In this document: positions 30,513-40,286 of the stretch, in pieces
How positions within the stretch are numbered: position 1 is the first letter of the stretch
How the letters are laid out: each line of letters begins with the position of its first letter
NCBI GenBank assembly: GCA_040217195.1
Contig: JAVJNR010000003.1
Location: forward strand, 768,001-832,000
DNA from: Leptospiraceae bacterium
GTDB lineage: Bacteria > Spirochaetota > Leptospiria > Leptospirales > Leptonemataceae
Length of the DNA: 64,000 nt
Direction: 5' to 3'
Position numbers and translations under genes: made by a program
Notes under the pieces: generated by a model
Database searches by the model: none
Seen by the model: the letters and a program-made list of their open reading frames with translations, nothing else
What the model was told of the DNA's origin: nothing

Positions 30513-30732
30513 CCGTCCGCTCCACTGGTTTCAGGTTCGGGATTTTTGCCATCCGCGCCACTGATTTCAGATCCGGGATTTTTTGCCGTCCGCACCGCTG
30601 ATTTCAGGTCCGGGATTTTTTGCCGTCCGCACCGCTGATTTCAGGTCCCGCTCTCTTTGCCATCCGCGCCGCTCATTTCAGATCCGGGATTTTTTGCCAT
30701 GCGCGCCGCTCATTTCAGATCCGGGATTTTTA
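30513..30732. repeat. tandem array of 36-37-bp units (6 copies, plus a degenerate copy from about 30475)
   Basis: Consensus about CCRTCCGCRCCGCTSATTTCAGRTCCGGGATTTTTTG; starts at 30513, 30549, 30586, 30623, 30660 and 30697; no spacers. Confidence 0.92.
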
Positions 30733-30754
30733 CCGGCCGGAGAGATCAGCGATT

Positions 30755-31528
30755 CTAAGCAGGACTTTGATACAGTTTATGTTTTAAGATGTACGTATGA
30801 ACGGAAGGTAAAAGACAGTCCATAGCCTGCTGGAAAATCGGGTTTGAGCTTTCCCCGGTAGCATTGAAATCCTGTGCTGATTGCTTGAGCTGCAAAGCCT
30901 TTCGAATCTCGGTGCTGGAACAACCGGGAGGACAGATATCTAGAACCCTCAGGCTGCGAAGATCGAATTGACGGGCCAGTGTCTGCCTTTCCTGCTCAAC
31001 TCCTTCCTGTTGACCTTCCCGGCGAAAGACTAGAATTGATAACTTTTCCAGAAGGTAAGAATGTTCTTTCCATTTTCTCAGCGTGAATAGATTGTCCGCT
31101 CCAATTACCAGAACTGGATCCAGGCCTTCTGATTGTAGGTGCTGCACCGTTTTGAATGTATAGCTAAGTCCGCCCTGCTCCATCTCAAATGGATCGATTA
31201 CGATGGATATACCGGCAGCGCGAAAGAATCTTGGCTTCAGCTTCCCGGGGAGTTCCCTCTCGTCCTGCCTGGTATTGGCCGTATGCTCATCCACTGCTAT
31301 TTCTGAGCCCACCTTGAATTCGCGAATCATGAGCTCCAGCATTTGCAGCCGATGATGACTGGCTGCATGACGACGATCTTCTTTGAAGGGAGAAATGGCT
31401 GCCGGAACAATTCGAATTTCCTTTACACCGTCGGAATTCGCATTCTGTACCAGAGCCTCAATTAGAACCTGATGCCCCCTGTGGGGAGGATCGAATGAAC
31501 CTCCAAAGAGATAGGCCGGAGCGCTCAT
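30755..31528 (-). CDS. nadD: nicotinate-nucleotide adenylyltransferase
   Basis: FGGSFDPPHRGH, SPFK, SYT, IGADN and SSTEIR motifs. Confidence 0.92.
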   Translation of the reverse strand: MSAPAYLFGGSFDPPHRGHQVLIEALVQNANSDGVKEIRIVPAAISPFKEDRRHAASHHRLQMLELMIREFKVGSEIAVDEHTANTRQDERELPGKLKPRFFRAAGISIVIDPFEMEQGGLSYTFKTVQHLQSEGLDPVLVIGADNLFTLRKWKEHSYLLEKLSILVFRREGQQEGVEQERQTLARQFDLRSLRVLDICPPGCSSTEIRKALQLKQSAQDFNATGESSNPIFQQAMDCLLPSVHTYILKHKLYQSPA

Positions 31529-31556
31529 GAAATACGAATAAGCCTATATCTCAGAT

Positions 31557-32840
31557 TCAGGAGCGAATCTGTCCTTCCCCTTCAAGAACATATGTAGTGG
31601 TAGTGAGATCCTTGACTCCCATAGGACCACGAACATGCATTCTACCTGTGGAAATTCCAACTTCAGCACCCATACCCATCTGCCCTCCATCGTGAAATCT
31701 TGTGGAACAGTTGACCAGAATGGCTGCCGTATCTACAGATTCGCGAAATACAGAGATGGATTGCTGACTGTCGGAAATGATAGCTTCGGAATGACCGCTT
31801 CCATAGCGATCGATGAACTGAATTGCTTCTTCCGTAGAGTCCACTATCTTTACTGAAAGCCTTTGATCCAGATACTCGGTGGAATACTCTTCGTCCGGGT
31901 TATCAATCCTGCCCGCCTCGGGAAAGAATTCCCGGGTTCGCTCGCAGCCCAGAAGGATAGCTCCCGCTTCCTTTATCTTCTCCAGCAGCGCGGGAATATG
32001 GTTAAAACTACTATGGATAAGCAGATTCTCGATTGCATTGCAAACGGAAGGTCTTTGCAGCTTGGCATTGACGGCAATTCTGGCCGCGGTTTCTAGATCC
32101 GCTGATTCATCTATAAATAGATTACAGACTCCCTTATCATGCTTAACCACAGCAATGGAAGTGTTATCGCTCACAGCCTTGATCAGACCGGCTCCTCCCC
32201 GGGGAACCACCAGGTCTATGGTATCGCTTTGTTTGAGTAATTCAAACATGAAGTTCCGGTCCGTATCGGAAACAAATTGTAAGCAGTTTCGCGGTAAACC
32301 ATGGCGCTCCACAGCGCTCACCAGGATCGTATGAAGTGCAATGTTGGAATGAATCGCTTCCTTTCCGCCGCGAAGAATGGCCGCATTGCCGCTCTTAATA
32401 CAGAGCGCACCCACATCGATGGTTACGTTTGGTCTCGATTCATAAACGGTGAATACAACACCCAGAGGCACTCGCTTCTGAACCATCTTTACTCCATTGC
32501 TCAGCGTACGCCCGAGAATTACTTCGCCCACCGGGTCCGGAAAAGCGGCAATCTCTCGCAGGGAGTCTGCCATGGACTGAATCCTGGAAGTGGTCAGAGT
32601 GAGTCTTTCCTTCAAGGCATCGCTAATGCCCATGGCATCCGCCTGGATTAGATCCTTTTCATTTGCCTCCAGCAATTCCTGCTGCACCCGGGGTTGCTCA
32701 AGAGAGGCAGCCGCATCCAGAAGGATTTGATTGCGTATTGCTGTAGATACCTTGCGTATTTCCCGGAAGGATAGTCTGGCATCCTGGCCAAATTGCTCGG
32801 CGCTTTTTTCTATGCTCTTATGTTGCGTTGCCGTTTCCAC
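31557..32840 (-). CDS. proA: gamma-glutamyl phosphate reductase
   Basis: VPLGV, YESRPNVT, ILRGGKEA, PSVCNA, GHSEAI and STRFHDGG motifs. Confidence 0.97.
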   Translation of the reverse strand: METATQHKSIEKSAEQFGQDARLSFREIRKVSTAIRNQILLDAAASLEQPRVQQELLEANEKDLIQADAMGISDALKERLTLTTSRIQSMADSLREIAAFPDPVGEVILGRTLSNGVKMVQKRVPLGVVFTVYESRPNVTIDVGALCIKSGNAAILRGGKEAIHSNIALHTILVSAVERHGLPRNCLQFVSDTDRNFMFELLKQSDTIDLVVPRGGAGLIKAVSDNTSIAVVKHDKGVCNLFIDESADLETAARIAVNAKLQRPSVCNAIENLLIHSSFNHIPALLEKIKEAGAILLGCERTREFFPEAGRIDNPDEEYSTEYLDQRLSVKIVDSTEEAIQFIDRYGSGHSEAIISDSQQSISVFRESVDTAAILVNCSTRFHDGGQMGMGAEVGISTGRMHVRGPMGVKDLTTTTYVLEGEGQIRS

Positions 32841-32932
32841 CCTTACGAATAAGTAAGCCAGAACCGACCCGTCAATCCTTTATGCCCTGTAAATGGCTTT
32901 ACTACCGACCTCCGACCGGTCAGGCTGGAAGT

Positions 32933-33379
32933 ATGATCCTGGAAAAGCGAAGCGTGGCCATGGTAATCGTTCTAAGCCTGGTCACCTGTGGTTTCTATTT
33001 ACTGTACTGGTACTACAAGGTATATCAGGAGCTCACTTTCCTCACAGGCAAATCACCCACGGATAATGACTATGGCCTGGACCTGCTCCTGGTCATTATT
33101 ACCTGCGGCGTCTGGGGTGTGTATGTGGACTATAAGATTTCACTGCAAATCTTTGAGTATCAGAAGAACCAGGGATTGTTCGCTCAGGACAGCTCCATGG
33201 TGGCTGTAGTTCTGGATGTGGTTGGTTATATTTCAGGCTACTTCACAGGTATTGTATCCAGCGCCATTCATCAAGATCTCATCAACGGATTGATTGATCA
33301 TGCCTCAGGAAAACCGCCTAGCCGTCCAACAGAGGGAATGAAGCCTTCAGACCAGTCACCACCATCTCCATGGCAATAG
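32933..33379 (+). CDS. DUF4234-like membrane protein
   Basis: KRSVAMVIVLSLVTCGFYLLYWYYK and IITCGVW repeats. Confidence 0.82.
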   Translation: MILEKRSVAMVIVLSLVTCGFYLLYWYYKVYQELTFLTGKSPTDNDYGLDLLLVIITCGVWGVYVDYKISLQIFEYQKNQGLFAQDSSMVAVVLDVVGYISGYFTGIVSSAIHQDLINGLIDHASGKPPSRPTEGMKPSDQSPPSPWQ

Positions 33380-33932
33380 CACCAATAAACAATGCATTGG
33401 TACGCATGAGAATGGCGAAATACTTACCCAGACGAGTCTCTTTCATTCCAGAGACTCGCTCGAAGATAAGGCAGATCAAGATCACAAATAGAAAGTTCAC
33501 GGCCAGAACTGCCATGATAATCAGCATGGAAATGTACGGAGCGTAAATCTCTCCTAGAAGGATGGAAATCCAGATCGTTCCAGGACCAACCATATAAGGC
33601 AATGAAATCTGAGGAGCCATTTCTGAAATATCGCCCCGGAATAAAAGGTTCGATCCAGGACCCTGGGAAATGTATCGAAAAGCTATAAAGAGCATGATAA
33701 TTCCACCGAACACCTGGAGCGAAGCCAGCTGTACCTGGAAGACATGCTGAAGCAGAGTCCTGCCGAAGAATGCGAAGATCAGAAAGATTGCCACGCTAAT
33801 CAACGTCGCTCTCCAGTGAACTCGAACAAAGTCCTTGAAGGATAGCTCGTTCATTAATTCAGACAGGTACAGCACCTGAGCAAATGGATTAATCATTACT
33901 AGCATTAAGAGAAATTGGTCCAACGGATTCAC
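33318..33932 (-). CDS. MarC family integral membrane protein
   Basis: MINPF, LQVFGGII, PYMVGPGTI motifs; about 6 TMs; GTG start likely at 33932. Confidence 0.88.
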   Translation of the reverse strand: MNPLDQFLLMLVMINPFAQVLYLSELMNELSFKDFVRVHWRATLISVAIFLIFAFFGRTLLQHVFQVQLASLQVFGGIIMLFIAFRYISQGPGSNLLFRGDISEMAPQISLPYMVGPGTIWISILLGEIYAPYISMLIIMAVLAVNFLFVILICLIFERVSGMKETRLGKYFAILMRTNALFIGAIAMEMVVTGLKASFPLLDG

Positions 33933-34039
33933 CCTGAAATGTTCTCTGGTCCATATCAGGAAACCCCACAATCAGGGCTTTCCTTTCTCTGGCCAGGGCC
34001 TGTCTAAAACCGGAAAGGTCGAAGGGAAGGAATTTTGAG

Positions 34040-35365
34040 CTACTGGCTGGAAGGCAAGCCAAATTGAACCTGATTTCCGCCCCTGGACTTGGCTGCGTAC
34101 ATAGCCTCATCTGCCGCATCGTTCAATTCCTGAGCTCCGGGATGATCCGGAAAAAAAGTCAGACCGCAACTGAAGCTGCACTGGAACTGATAATTATGAT
34201 AGCTGTGTACAACGTTGGAGAAATCCTCCCGGATTTCATCCAGCCGGTGACGAATTTCATCTTTTGATAATCCGGTGATAATAACTGCAAACTCTTCACC
34301 ACCATATCGGCCCACAACATCGACTCTTCGAACACGTTGTTTGAGTAGTCTGGCCAGGTTCTGAATGACTCGATCACCGGCTGAATGCCCATAGGAATCG
34401 TTCACATGTTTGAACTTATCGATGTCTATCATGGCAAATCCCATCTGCTCGGCTTGCCGCTGACATCTTAGAACTTCGAGCTCCAGTTTCTTTCTAGTCG
34501 TTGTATGATTAAAAAGACCGGTAAGGCTATCACGAACGGTTTGAGAGATAACTGTACGATAACGCTCCACTCGCAATGCAATGGATCTATATAGATCCCC
34601 TGGATCTATGGAAGAAGAAAGGATTTCATCCCCTCCGCGCTTTAGCGCTGCCTGAGTCTTGACTGGATCGGTCTCGGTGGACTGAAATAGAATCGGAAGT
34701 CCACCATAACCATCTTGCTGACGAATGACGGCTGAAAGCTCCATTCCCAGGCATTCCGGATAATATAGATCCAGAAGGACCAGCTCTGGATCAAATTCCA
34801 GCAAAGCATCAAATATCTGATCTGGATGCTTCAATCGGTAAATACTAACGTCTGGAGAATCATCCAGTACCTGCACTGAAGCATTGTTTGTGGCAGGACC
34901 GGTCACTACCATCACTCTGTAAGGATCAGGGACCAGGGAATCGGTCAGCCGATCCAAAACTTCCACAATACTAAATAAATCCACTGGTTTTTGAAAATAA
35001 AAATCCCCACCGAACCGGACAGCCTGTAACCTTGAAAGGAATCCATTTTCATTGGATACAATCAAAACTGGAACAGCCTGTTGCCTAAATAGCTTGAGTT
35101 CTGCAAGGGTCATTGGATTTTCATCATGAGCTTCTGAAAGGTCAGCAATGATGGCCAGTGGAACTTTGGCCTGCATAGCAACTCTGGCAGCGTCCAGGTC
35201 TGGAAAAGGCAGGATATCAAAGCCATAGTTGGCTAACTGATCAGAAAGATCGTTTCTGAGTTCATTATCCAGGGAAATCAGGAAAACCAGTCGGTTGGTA
35301 GACTCGTCTATTGGCTGCATGCCTGAGGTTTCCGAATGATCGCTCTTTTGCTCAAGTGAATCCAT
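34040..35365 (-). CDS. REC-REC-GGDEF diguanylate cyclase
   Basis: Two receiver-like domains; DSLTGLFN, DIDKFKHVNDSYGH; RRVD I-site and RYGGEEF active site; alternative start at 35320. Confidence 0.93.
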   Translation of the reverse strand: MDSLEQKSDHSETSGMQPIDESTNRLVFLISLDNELRNDLSDQLANYGFDILPFPDLDAARVAMQAKVPLAIIADLSEAHDENPMTLAELKLFRQQAVPVLIVSNENGFLSRLQAVRFGGDFYFQKPVDLFSIVEVLDRLTDSLVPDPYRVMVVTGPATNNASVQVLDDSPDVSIYRLKHPDQIFDALLEFDPELVLLDLYYPECLGMELSAVIRQQDGYGGLPILFQSTETDPVKTQAALKRGGDEILSSSIDPGDLYRSIALRVERYRTVISQTVRDSLTGLFNHTTTRKKLELEVLRCQRQAEQMGFAMIDIDKFKHVNDSYGHSAGDRVIQNLARLLKQRVRRVDVVGRYGGEEFAVIITGLSKDEIRHRLDEIREDFSNVVHSYHNYQFQCSFSCGLTFFPDHPGAQELNDAADEAMYAAKSRGGNQVQFGLPSSQ

Positions 35366-38300
35366 GAGATTGGTATACTACATTCTATTTGCAGCGGTCT
35401 CAGCCGCAATCGTTTCTCCTTTACAGGCCCGGGAGGACTGGTCGGACCTTCATCCAGAACCAGAGACCTATTACGGGTCGGAAAAAGCCCGGAAAGTACC
35501 GGTGGATGCAATTCTCTGGGTTCAGGAAGACTGGGAAGGACATTATTCGAATAAGCTTTTCTGGTTGTATAAGCATACAGATTATCCACGCTTTCGATCC
35601 ACCAGACTCTTTCCTTTCTATTACAGCCTGGACAGCAAGATCGATGAACGCGAGAGCCTTTTTGTTATGCCCTTTCCGGGACTCTTCTATCATCGAAGAT
35701 TTGATTCGGATGAGACCAGAATCAATACTACCTTCTGGTTTTCCAGAATAGACCGTAGATCCAACAAGATATGGGATCTATACTTATTCCTTTTCTATTC
35801 CTCGGAGGAAGGTCCCAGGTCCGACCGAGACTTTGATCATGCCTTCTTCCCTCTTTATTATGGAGGGTCCAATCCTGCCAGAGGAGAAAGCTACAGCACA
35901 CTCTTACCACTCTATTACTATGAGTCAAGGTCCCACTCCGGGCAGGATTATTTCTCGATCATTCTTCCGCTACTCTACTACGAAAGCGACGATGGCCCCG
36001 GTCGAGAATCAAGCACACATTTTAGCCCCTTACATTACCATGATGCAGACCGCGCAACGAATGCTAACGGAACTGAAAGCTATTCCGTGAGCACCGGTTT
36101 TCCGATTCTTCCCTTTCTGTATGCCACCGAGCAAACCGAAAACTCCAGCGATACGAACTACCTGACTATTTTTAATGCCACCAGTGATGAAGACAGCTCT
36201 TCCTATTCATCGCCCTTTTATTACCTGGAGAGTAATCCTGACTACAGTGTGCGATGGCTACCCTTCTATTTCGAGGACACGCGCGAAGATGGGTACTTTC
36301 ATTTACCCCCTCTCTGGTTTAGCGACCGAGAACCAGAAGGAGATACTAATTTCAGCGCACTGCATTATTATAGCGAGGATGGAGATTCTTCCATTCTCGG
36401 ATTTCCGATAATACCTGTAATCTATGCTTCTAAATCGGAGCCCGGTTATAGCCGCCACAACGTTCTCACTGTTTTTTACTGGGATAGCAGTCCGGATAGT
36501 AGCACGACCTTCGTTCCTCCGTATTATCACTCCAGGGAAAAGCTAAGTTCTGCAGGCCTGGAAGCCGTGGCCGCCGTTTCGCGAAAGGATGAGCTACCAC
36601 CGTTTCGTTCCATAAGGAATCCTGGCGATAGTCCAGTGGTTGGGAGCCGGAGTCAGGACTCCGATGCAGGTTTCGTGGATCATTACAATCTGGCTCTATT
36701 GCTGGATTGGGAAAGCTCCAATGGGTCCATGGATCGCTTCTTCTTCCTTCCATTATATTTTCAGGGATTTGCGAACCCAGGCAACAACCAGGAATCCTAC
36801 GCCTATTTCATCCCTTTGTATTTTCAGAATAGCACACCGAACTCCTTTAACACCTGGGGCCCCTTGCACTATTATAATGAGGAACCAGAAGAGAAATCCT
36901 TCTTCTTGCCTCTTCTTCCCGTTCTATATGCCTACAGAACCGATGGAAACACAACAAAGCGGAACTATCTTACCTTTTTCTACACTCGCGATGGAGAAGA
37001 TGGCTATCTTCGATTCTTACCTCCGTATTACCACTCGCATGATATAGAGTCTGAGTCCACAGGCCTGGTTCGAAAGGATCATTACAATATCTTGCTTATA
37101 ACTAACTGGAATAGCAAAAACGATGAACTTCAAGACTTCTTTCTGGCCCCTCTGTATTTCTGGAAAGACGGGGAAAAAGGTTACACTCATGTAGTCCCAT
37201 TTTATTTTGAAGATCGCAGCCCGGAAAGGGAACTGAACTTTGGGCCGGCGCACTTTTTTCGAAAGGATGAAACTACAGAGTATCTATGGGTCCTTCCTTA
37301 TTACTCCTGGATTAACAAGGAAGAATCCGCTTCTAGCGGAAATGTTCTGATTCCATTGTACTTCAACTATGAAGATCCAGTAAAAAATTATCACGTTAAC
37401 CTGGGTGGTATATCTCTCTCCGAAGAAAGCCTGGATGTCCGAGTAAACACTGTAACAGGGGAAACGAAAGCTGTGTCGGTGCTGGATACTGACATTGGGT
37501 GGCTCTACAATTTATTCAGCTATTCGGCCCGTATTCCATTACAGGAGACCGACGATACCCGCGTACGAACTTCAGAAACAGTACAGGATATACCTGAAGG
37601 ATCGCAGATACTTTCTGTGGACACGTTTGATCCAGATGAAGTGGGTACCGAGCAGCCAGAACTAATTGAAACAGAGCAAGGAGTGGCCATCAAGAAGGAT
37701 ACTTCCATCAATCGAGAGAATTCAATTCGATTCTCCGGCTGGAGCGTTCTATTTGGACTGTTCGCTCGGGAAACTGCAGATACAAGACATCATGCAAGGG
37801 CTTTACCTCTGTTCTGGTTAAGCTGGGACGATGCTTCGGCCGACCAGGTAACTGTTATTCCAGGGGCCTATATGAGCTACGATGAGGCACCGGAGCATTA
37901 TTTCGTTTTATTTCCTCTATTTATTCCGGTGTACGCTTCCCAGGAAACTCCTGACTACATTCTACATTCCTATGGCCTGTTCCTGTATCTGGATGAGGAG
38001 GACAAGATTGCAAAAAGGACAGAAACCAGTATTGTCTGGCCACTTTATAATGAGTACGATTCACCGGATGAATCCGGTAGTCGACTATTACCAGTCTATT
38101 ATAACAAGAGAGAGAAGTACGAAGACGGCAAGAGCTACTCTGAGTATAGCATAACTCCCATTTCCTACTCCAGCGAAGCCCAGTATTATGAGGGGAACTC
38201 AAACACACCGGATAGAATAACCAGTTCTTTCTATTCGCCTCTTTATTTGTCATCGAGTCTGCACTACAGAAAGTACGATGAAAGCTGGTCCTTCTTTCCC

Positions 38301-39932
38301 ATTCCAATGTACTATTCCGGCGTAGAAGGAAACCAGAAGACTCAGAACCTTCTATTACTGGCCCATCGAGAGAGTACTGTGGAATCAGATGAAAGCACTA
38401 CCACTCAGCATGCCCGCCTGTTTCCTATTTTCTTTTACGGATCGGATTATCACTCGGTTTTTCCTCTGTACTATTATGGCGAAAGTGGACCCCGGGACTC
38501 CACGTTTATCTCTCCTATCTATTGGAATGATTCTTATGGAGGAAGCACAGATCACCGTTTGCTCTGGCTAATCAGCTGGCAAAGTGGAGATAGTGCCTCC
38601 AACGATGCCACAGTTTTTCCAGTCTTCTACTACGAGGAAAACGACCATCTGGTACTGTTTCCTCTTTATTTCGGCTTTGGACCTTCCGGATCCAGGACCC
38701 ACTGGGGGCCTCTGTACTACTACGAAAACACTTCAAACTCTGTGGACTGGCTGGTAGGGCCGGTATATTATTCTAACGAGAAAAATGCAGGCGACGATTC
38801 CAGCTTTCATCTACTTCCTCTGGTATTCAACTGGTGGGAGGGAGACTCCTATACCGGTTTCTACGGAATCTTCTACTACAATTCGTCTCCGGATTACAGC
38901 AAACAATACATCCCCCTTCTTTACGAAAATGAATGGAGTGGCTCCGGCAAAAGACGATCCGTTTCATTCCTGCTCAATAGTTTCTACTACGAGAATGATC
39001 CCTACAAAACGGACTTTGGCATTCTGTATCGCATCTTGATGGGATACGAATCCGGCAACTATCCACAGTCCAGCAGTCGGCCCGGAGGGTCCTCAGACTG
39101 GAATTTCAATCTGCTTTCGTTTGTAATCGCAGATGGAGGTAACGACTACCACAATAGCTTTTTGCCTCTGTACTGGTATGAAAGCGATACAAACTCCACG
39201 TCCTTTCATTTCATTCCTCTGCTAACATTCAACAACTGGGAAGGGGAACGATACACTGGCTTCCAGGGACCCGTTTATATTGAAAAAGACGGAGAAAATT
39301 ACGATAGGTATTATACCCCTCTTCTATTCGAGTCTGAATGGTATACCGGCTCGGGCAGCACAGACCATGGAAAAACGGATTTTCTTCTGGGTTCCATGTA
39401 TTATGAGAAAACCAGAGATTATACAGAAACCGCTTTGTTATGGCGCGCTCTGGGAGGCTACCAATCCTACAGTGGAAGCGATCGATGGAATGCAAACCTA
39501 CTCACTTTCGTAATGGCGGACCGGGATCAGGGATGGCATCATAGCTTCCTACCGCTCTACTATATGGATACGGATGGATCTAATATGGATGCATGGATAC
39601 CTCCATTGCTGGGCTGGTCCTTCTCCTCTCCGTCTGAAACGTCCGAAGGCCTGGGCCTGGGTTTACTCTGGTACCGATCCAGAGATGTGGCGGAAAGAAA
39701 ACACTTTAGAAGTATTCTATTGGGTGGTCTGGTTTACTACGACCGCTATCGAGGGCGTCAAAACGAATTCCGGGAATGGGGAAGCGTCTATGGATTTCTA
39801 TGGGACTACGAAACAGAGCCCGGAGCCGGATACGAAAAATTCTCAATTCTAAAATTCATTTTCTCTCGAACTCGTAATGAGGGGAAAATCACCTATCGAG
39901 TACTATTCGTTCCCATTGAATTCGATGAGTAA
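35364..39932 (+). CDS. large exported protein built of aromatic 'hhP(L/F)YY' repeats
   Basis: 1522-aa ORF, signal peptide ending LQA, roughly 40 Pro-x-aromatic-aromatic motifs. Confidence 0.85.
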   Translation: MRLVYYILFAAVSAAIVSPLQAREDWSDLHPEPETYYGSEKARKVPVDAILWVQEDWEGHYSNKLFWLYKHTDYPRFRSTRLFPFYYSLDSKIDERESLFVMPFPGLFYHRRFDSDETRINTTFWFSRIDRRSNKIWDLYLFLFYSSEEGPRSDRDFDHAFFPLYYGGSNPARGESYSTLLPLYYYESRSHSGQDYFSIILPLLYYESDDGPGRESSTHFSPLHYHDADRATNANGTESYSVSTGFPILPFLYATEQTENSSDTNYLTIFNATSDEDSSSYSSPFYYLESNPDYSVRWLPFYFEDTREDGYFHLPPLWFSDREPEGDTNFSALHYYSEDGDSSILGFPIIPVIYASKSEPGYSRHNVLTVFYWDSSPDSSTTFVPPYYHSREKLSSAGLEAVAAVSRKDELPPFRSIRNPGDSPVVGSRSQDSDAGFVDHYNLALLLDWESSNGSMDRFFFLPLYFQGFANPGNNQESYAYFIPLYFQNSTPNSFNTWGPLHYYNEEPEEKSFFLPLLPVLYAYRTDGNTTKRNYLTFFYTRDGEDGYLRFLPPYYHSHDIESESTGLVRKDHYNILLITNWNSKNDELQDFFLAPLYFWKDGEKGYTHVVPFYFEDRSPERELNFGPAHFFRKDETTEYLWVLPYYSWINKEESASSGNVLIPLYFNYEDPVKNYHVNLGGISLSEESLDVRVNTVTGETKAVSVLDTDIGWLYNLFSYSARIPLQETDDTRVRTSETVQDIPEGSQILSVDTFDPDEVGTEQPELIETEQGVAIKKDTSINRENSIRFSGWSVLFGLFARETADTRHHARALPLFWLSWDDASADQVTVIPGAYMSYDEAPEHYFVLFPLFIPVYASQETPDYILHSYGLFLYLDEEDKIAKRTETSIVWPLYNEYDSPDESGSRLLPVYYNKREKYEDGKSYSEYSITPISYSSEAQYYEGNSNTPDRITSSFYSPLYLSSSLHYRKYDESWSFFPIPMYYSGVEGNQKTQNLLLLAHRESTVESDESTTTQHARLFPIFFYGSDYHSVFPLYYYGESGPRDSTFISPIYWNDSYGGSTDHRLLWLISWQSGDSASNDATVFPVFYYEENDHLVLFPLYFGFGPSGSRTHWGPLYYYENTSNSVDWLVGPVYYSNEKNAGDDSSFHLLPLVFNWWEGDSYTGFYGIFYYNSSPDYSKQYIPLLYENEWSGSGKRRSVSFLLNSFYYENDPYKTDFGILYRILMGYESGNYPQSSSRPGGSSDWNFNLLSFVIADGGNDYHNSFLPLYWYESDTNSTSFHFIPLLTFNNWEGERYTGFQGPVYIEKDGENYDRYYTPLLFESEWYTGSGSTDHGKTDFLLGSMYYEKTRDYTETALLWRALGGYQSYSGSDRWNANLLTFVMADRDQGWHHSFLPLYYMDTDGSNMDAWIPPLLGWSFSSPSETSEGLGLGLLWYRSRDVAERKHFRSILLGGLVYYDRYRGRQNEFREWGSVYGFLWDYETEPGAGYEKFSILKFIFSRTRNEGKITYRVLFVPIEFDE

Positions 39933-40250
39933 GGAAGCAAAATAAATCCATAGATCGGCGAACTCTACTCTACATGTTTGTTCGAAGACAGAAATCCAAT
40001 CAGCCCGAGGAACAAAATGGGTAGCGAAGACTGGACAGATTCCAGGCAACGCTACCCTGTAATCAGATTGCGAATCTACTGGCAACCTTTGTGTCTCTGA
40101 ACTCTTTACGGGGATCTTTCTGGCAGACTAGATCCAATCCTGGCTATCGATTGTTCTACAATTTACCACCGGGCCACTTGCTCGCTGGCTGGCGCACTTG
40201 AGCTTTCGGTTTCAGCTCATTGCGTTGCCGTGCTATGTGGACAGCAGATT

Positions 40251-40281
40251 AAAAAAAGCAACGACGGGCTCCCGGGAGCCC
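40251..40281 (-). terminator. possible intrinsic terminator after the ACT gene
   Basis: Palindrome GGGCTCCC-GGGAGCCC (40266-40281) followed on the minus strand by GTCGTTGC then T7. Confidence 0.45.
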
Positions 40282-40286
40282 TGCAA

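Noticed and set aside
30513..30732. CRISPR array (repeat length 36-37 bp)
   Set aside because: Units abut with no unique spacers, are degenerate, and no cas genes are present
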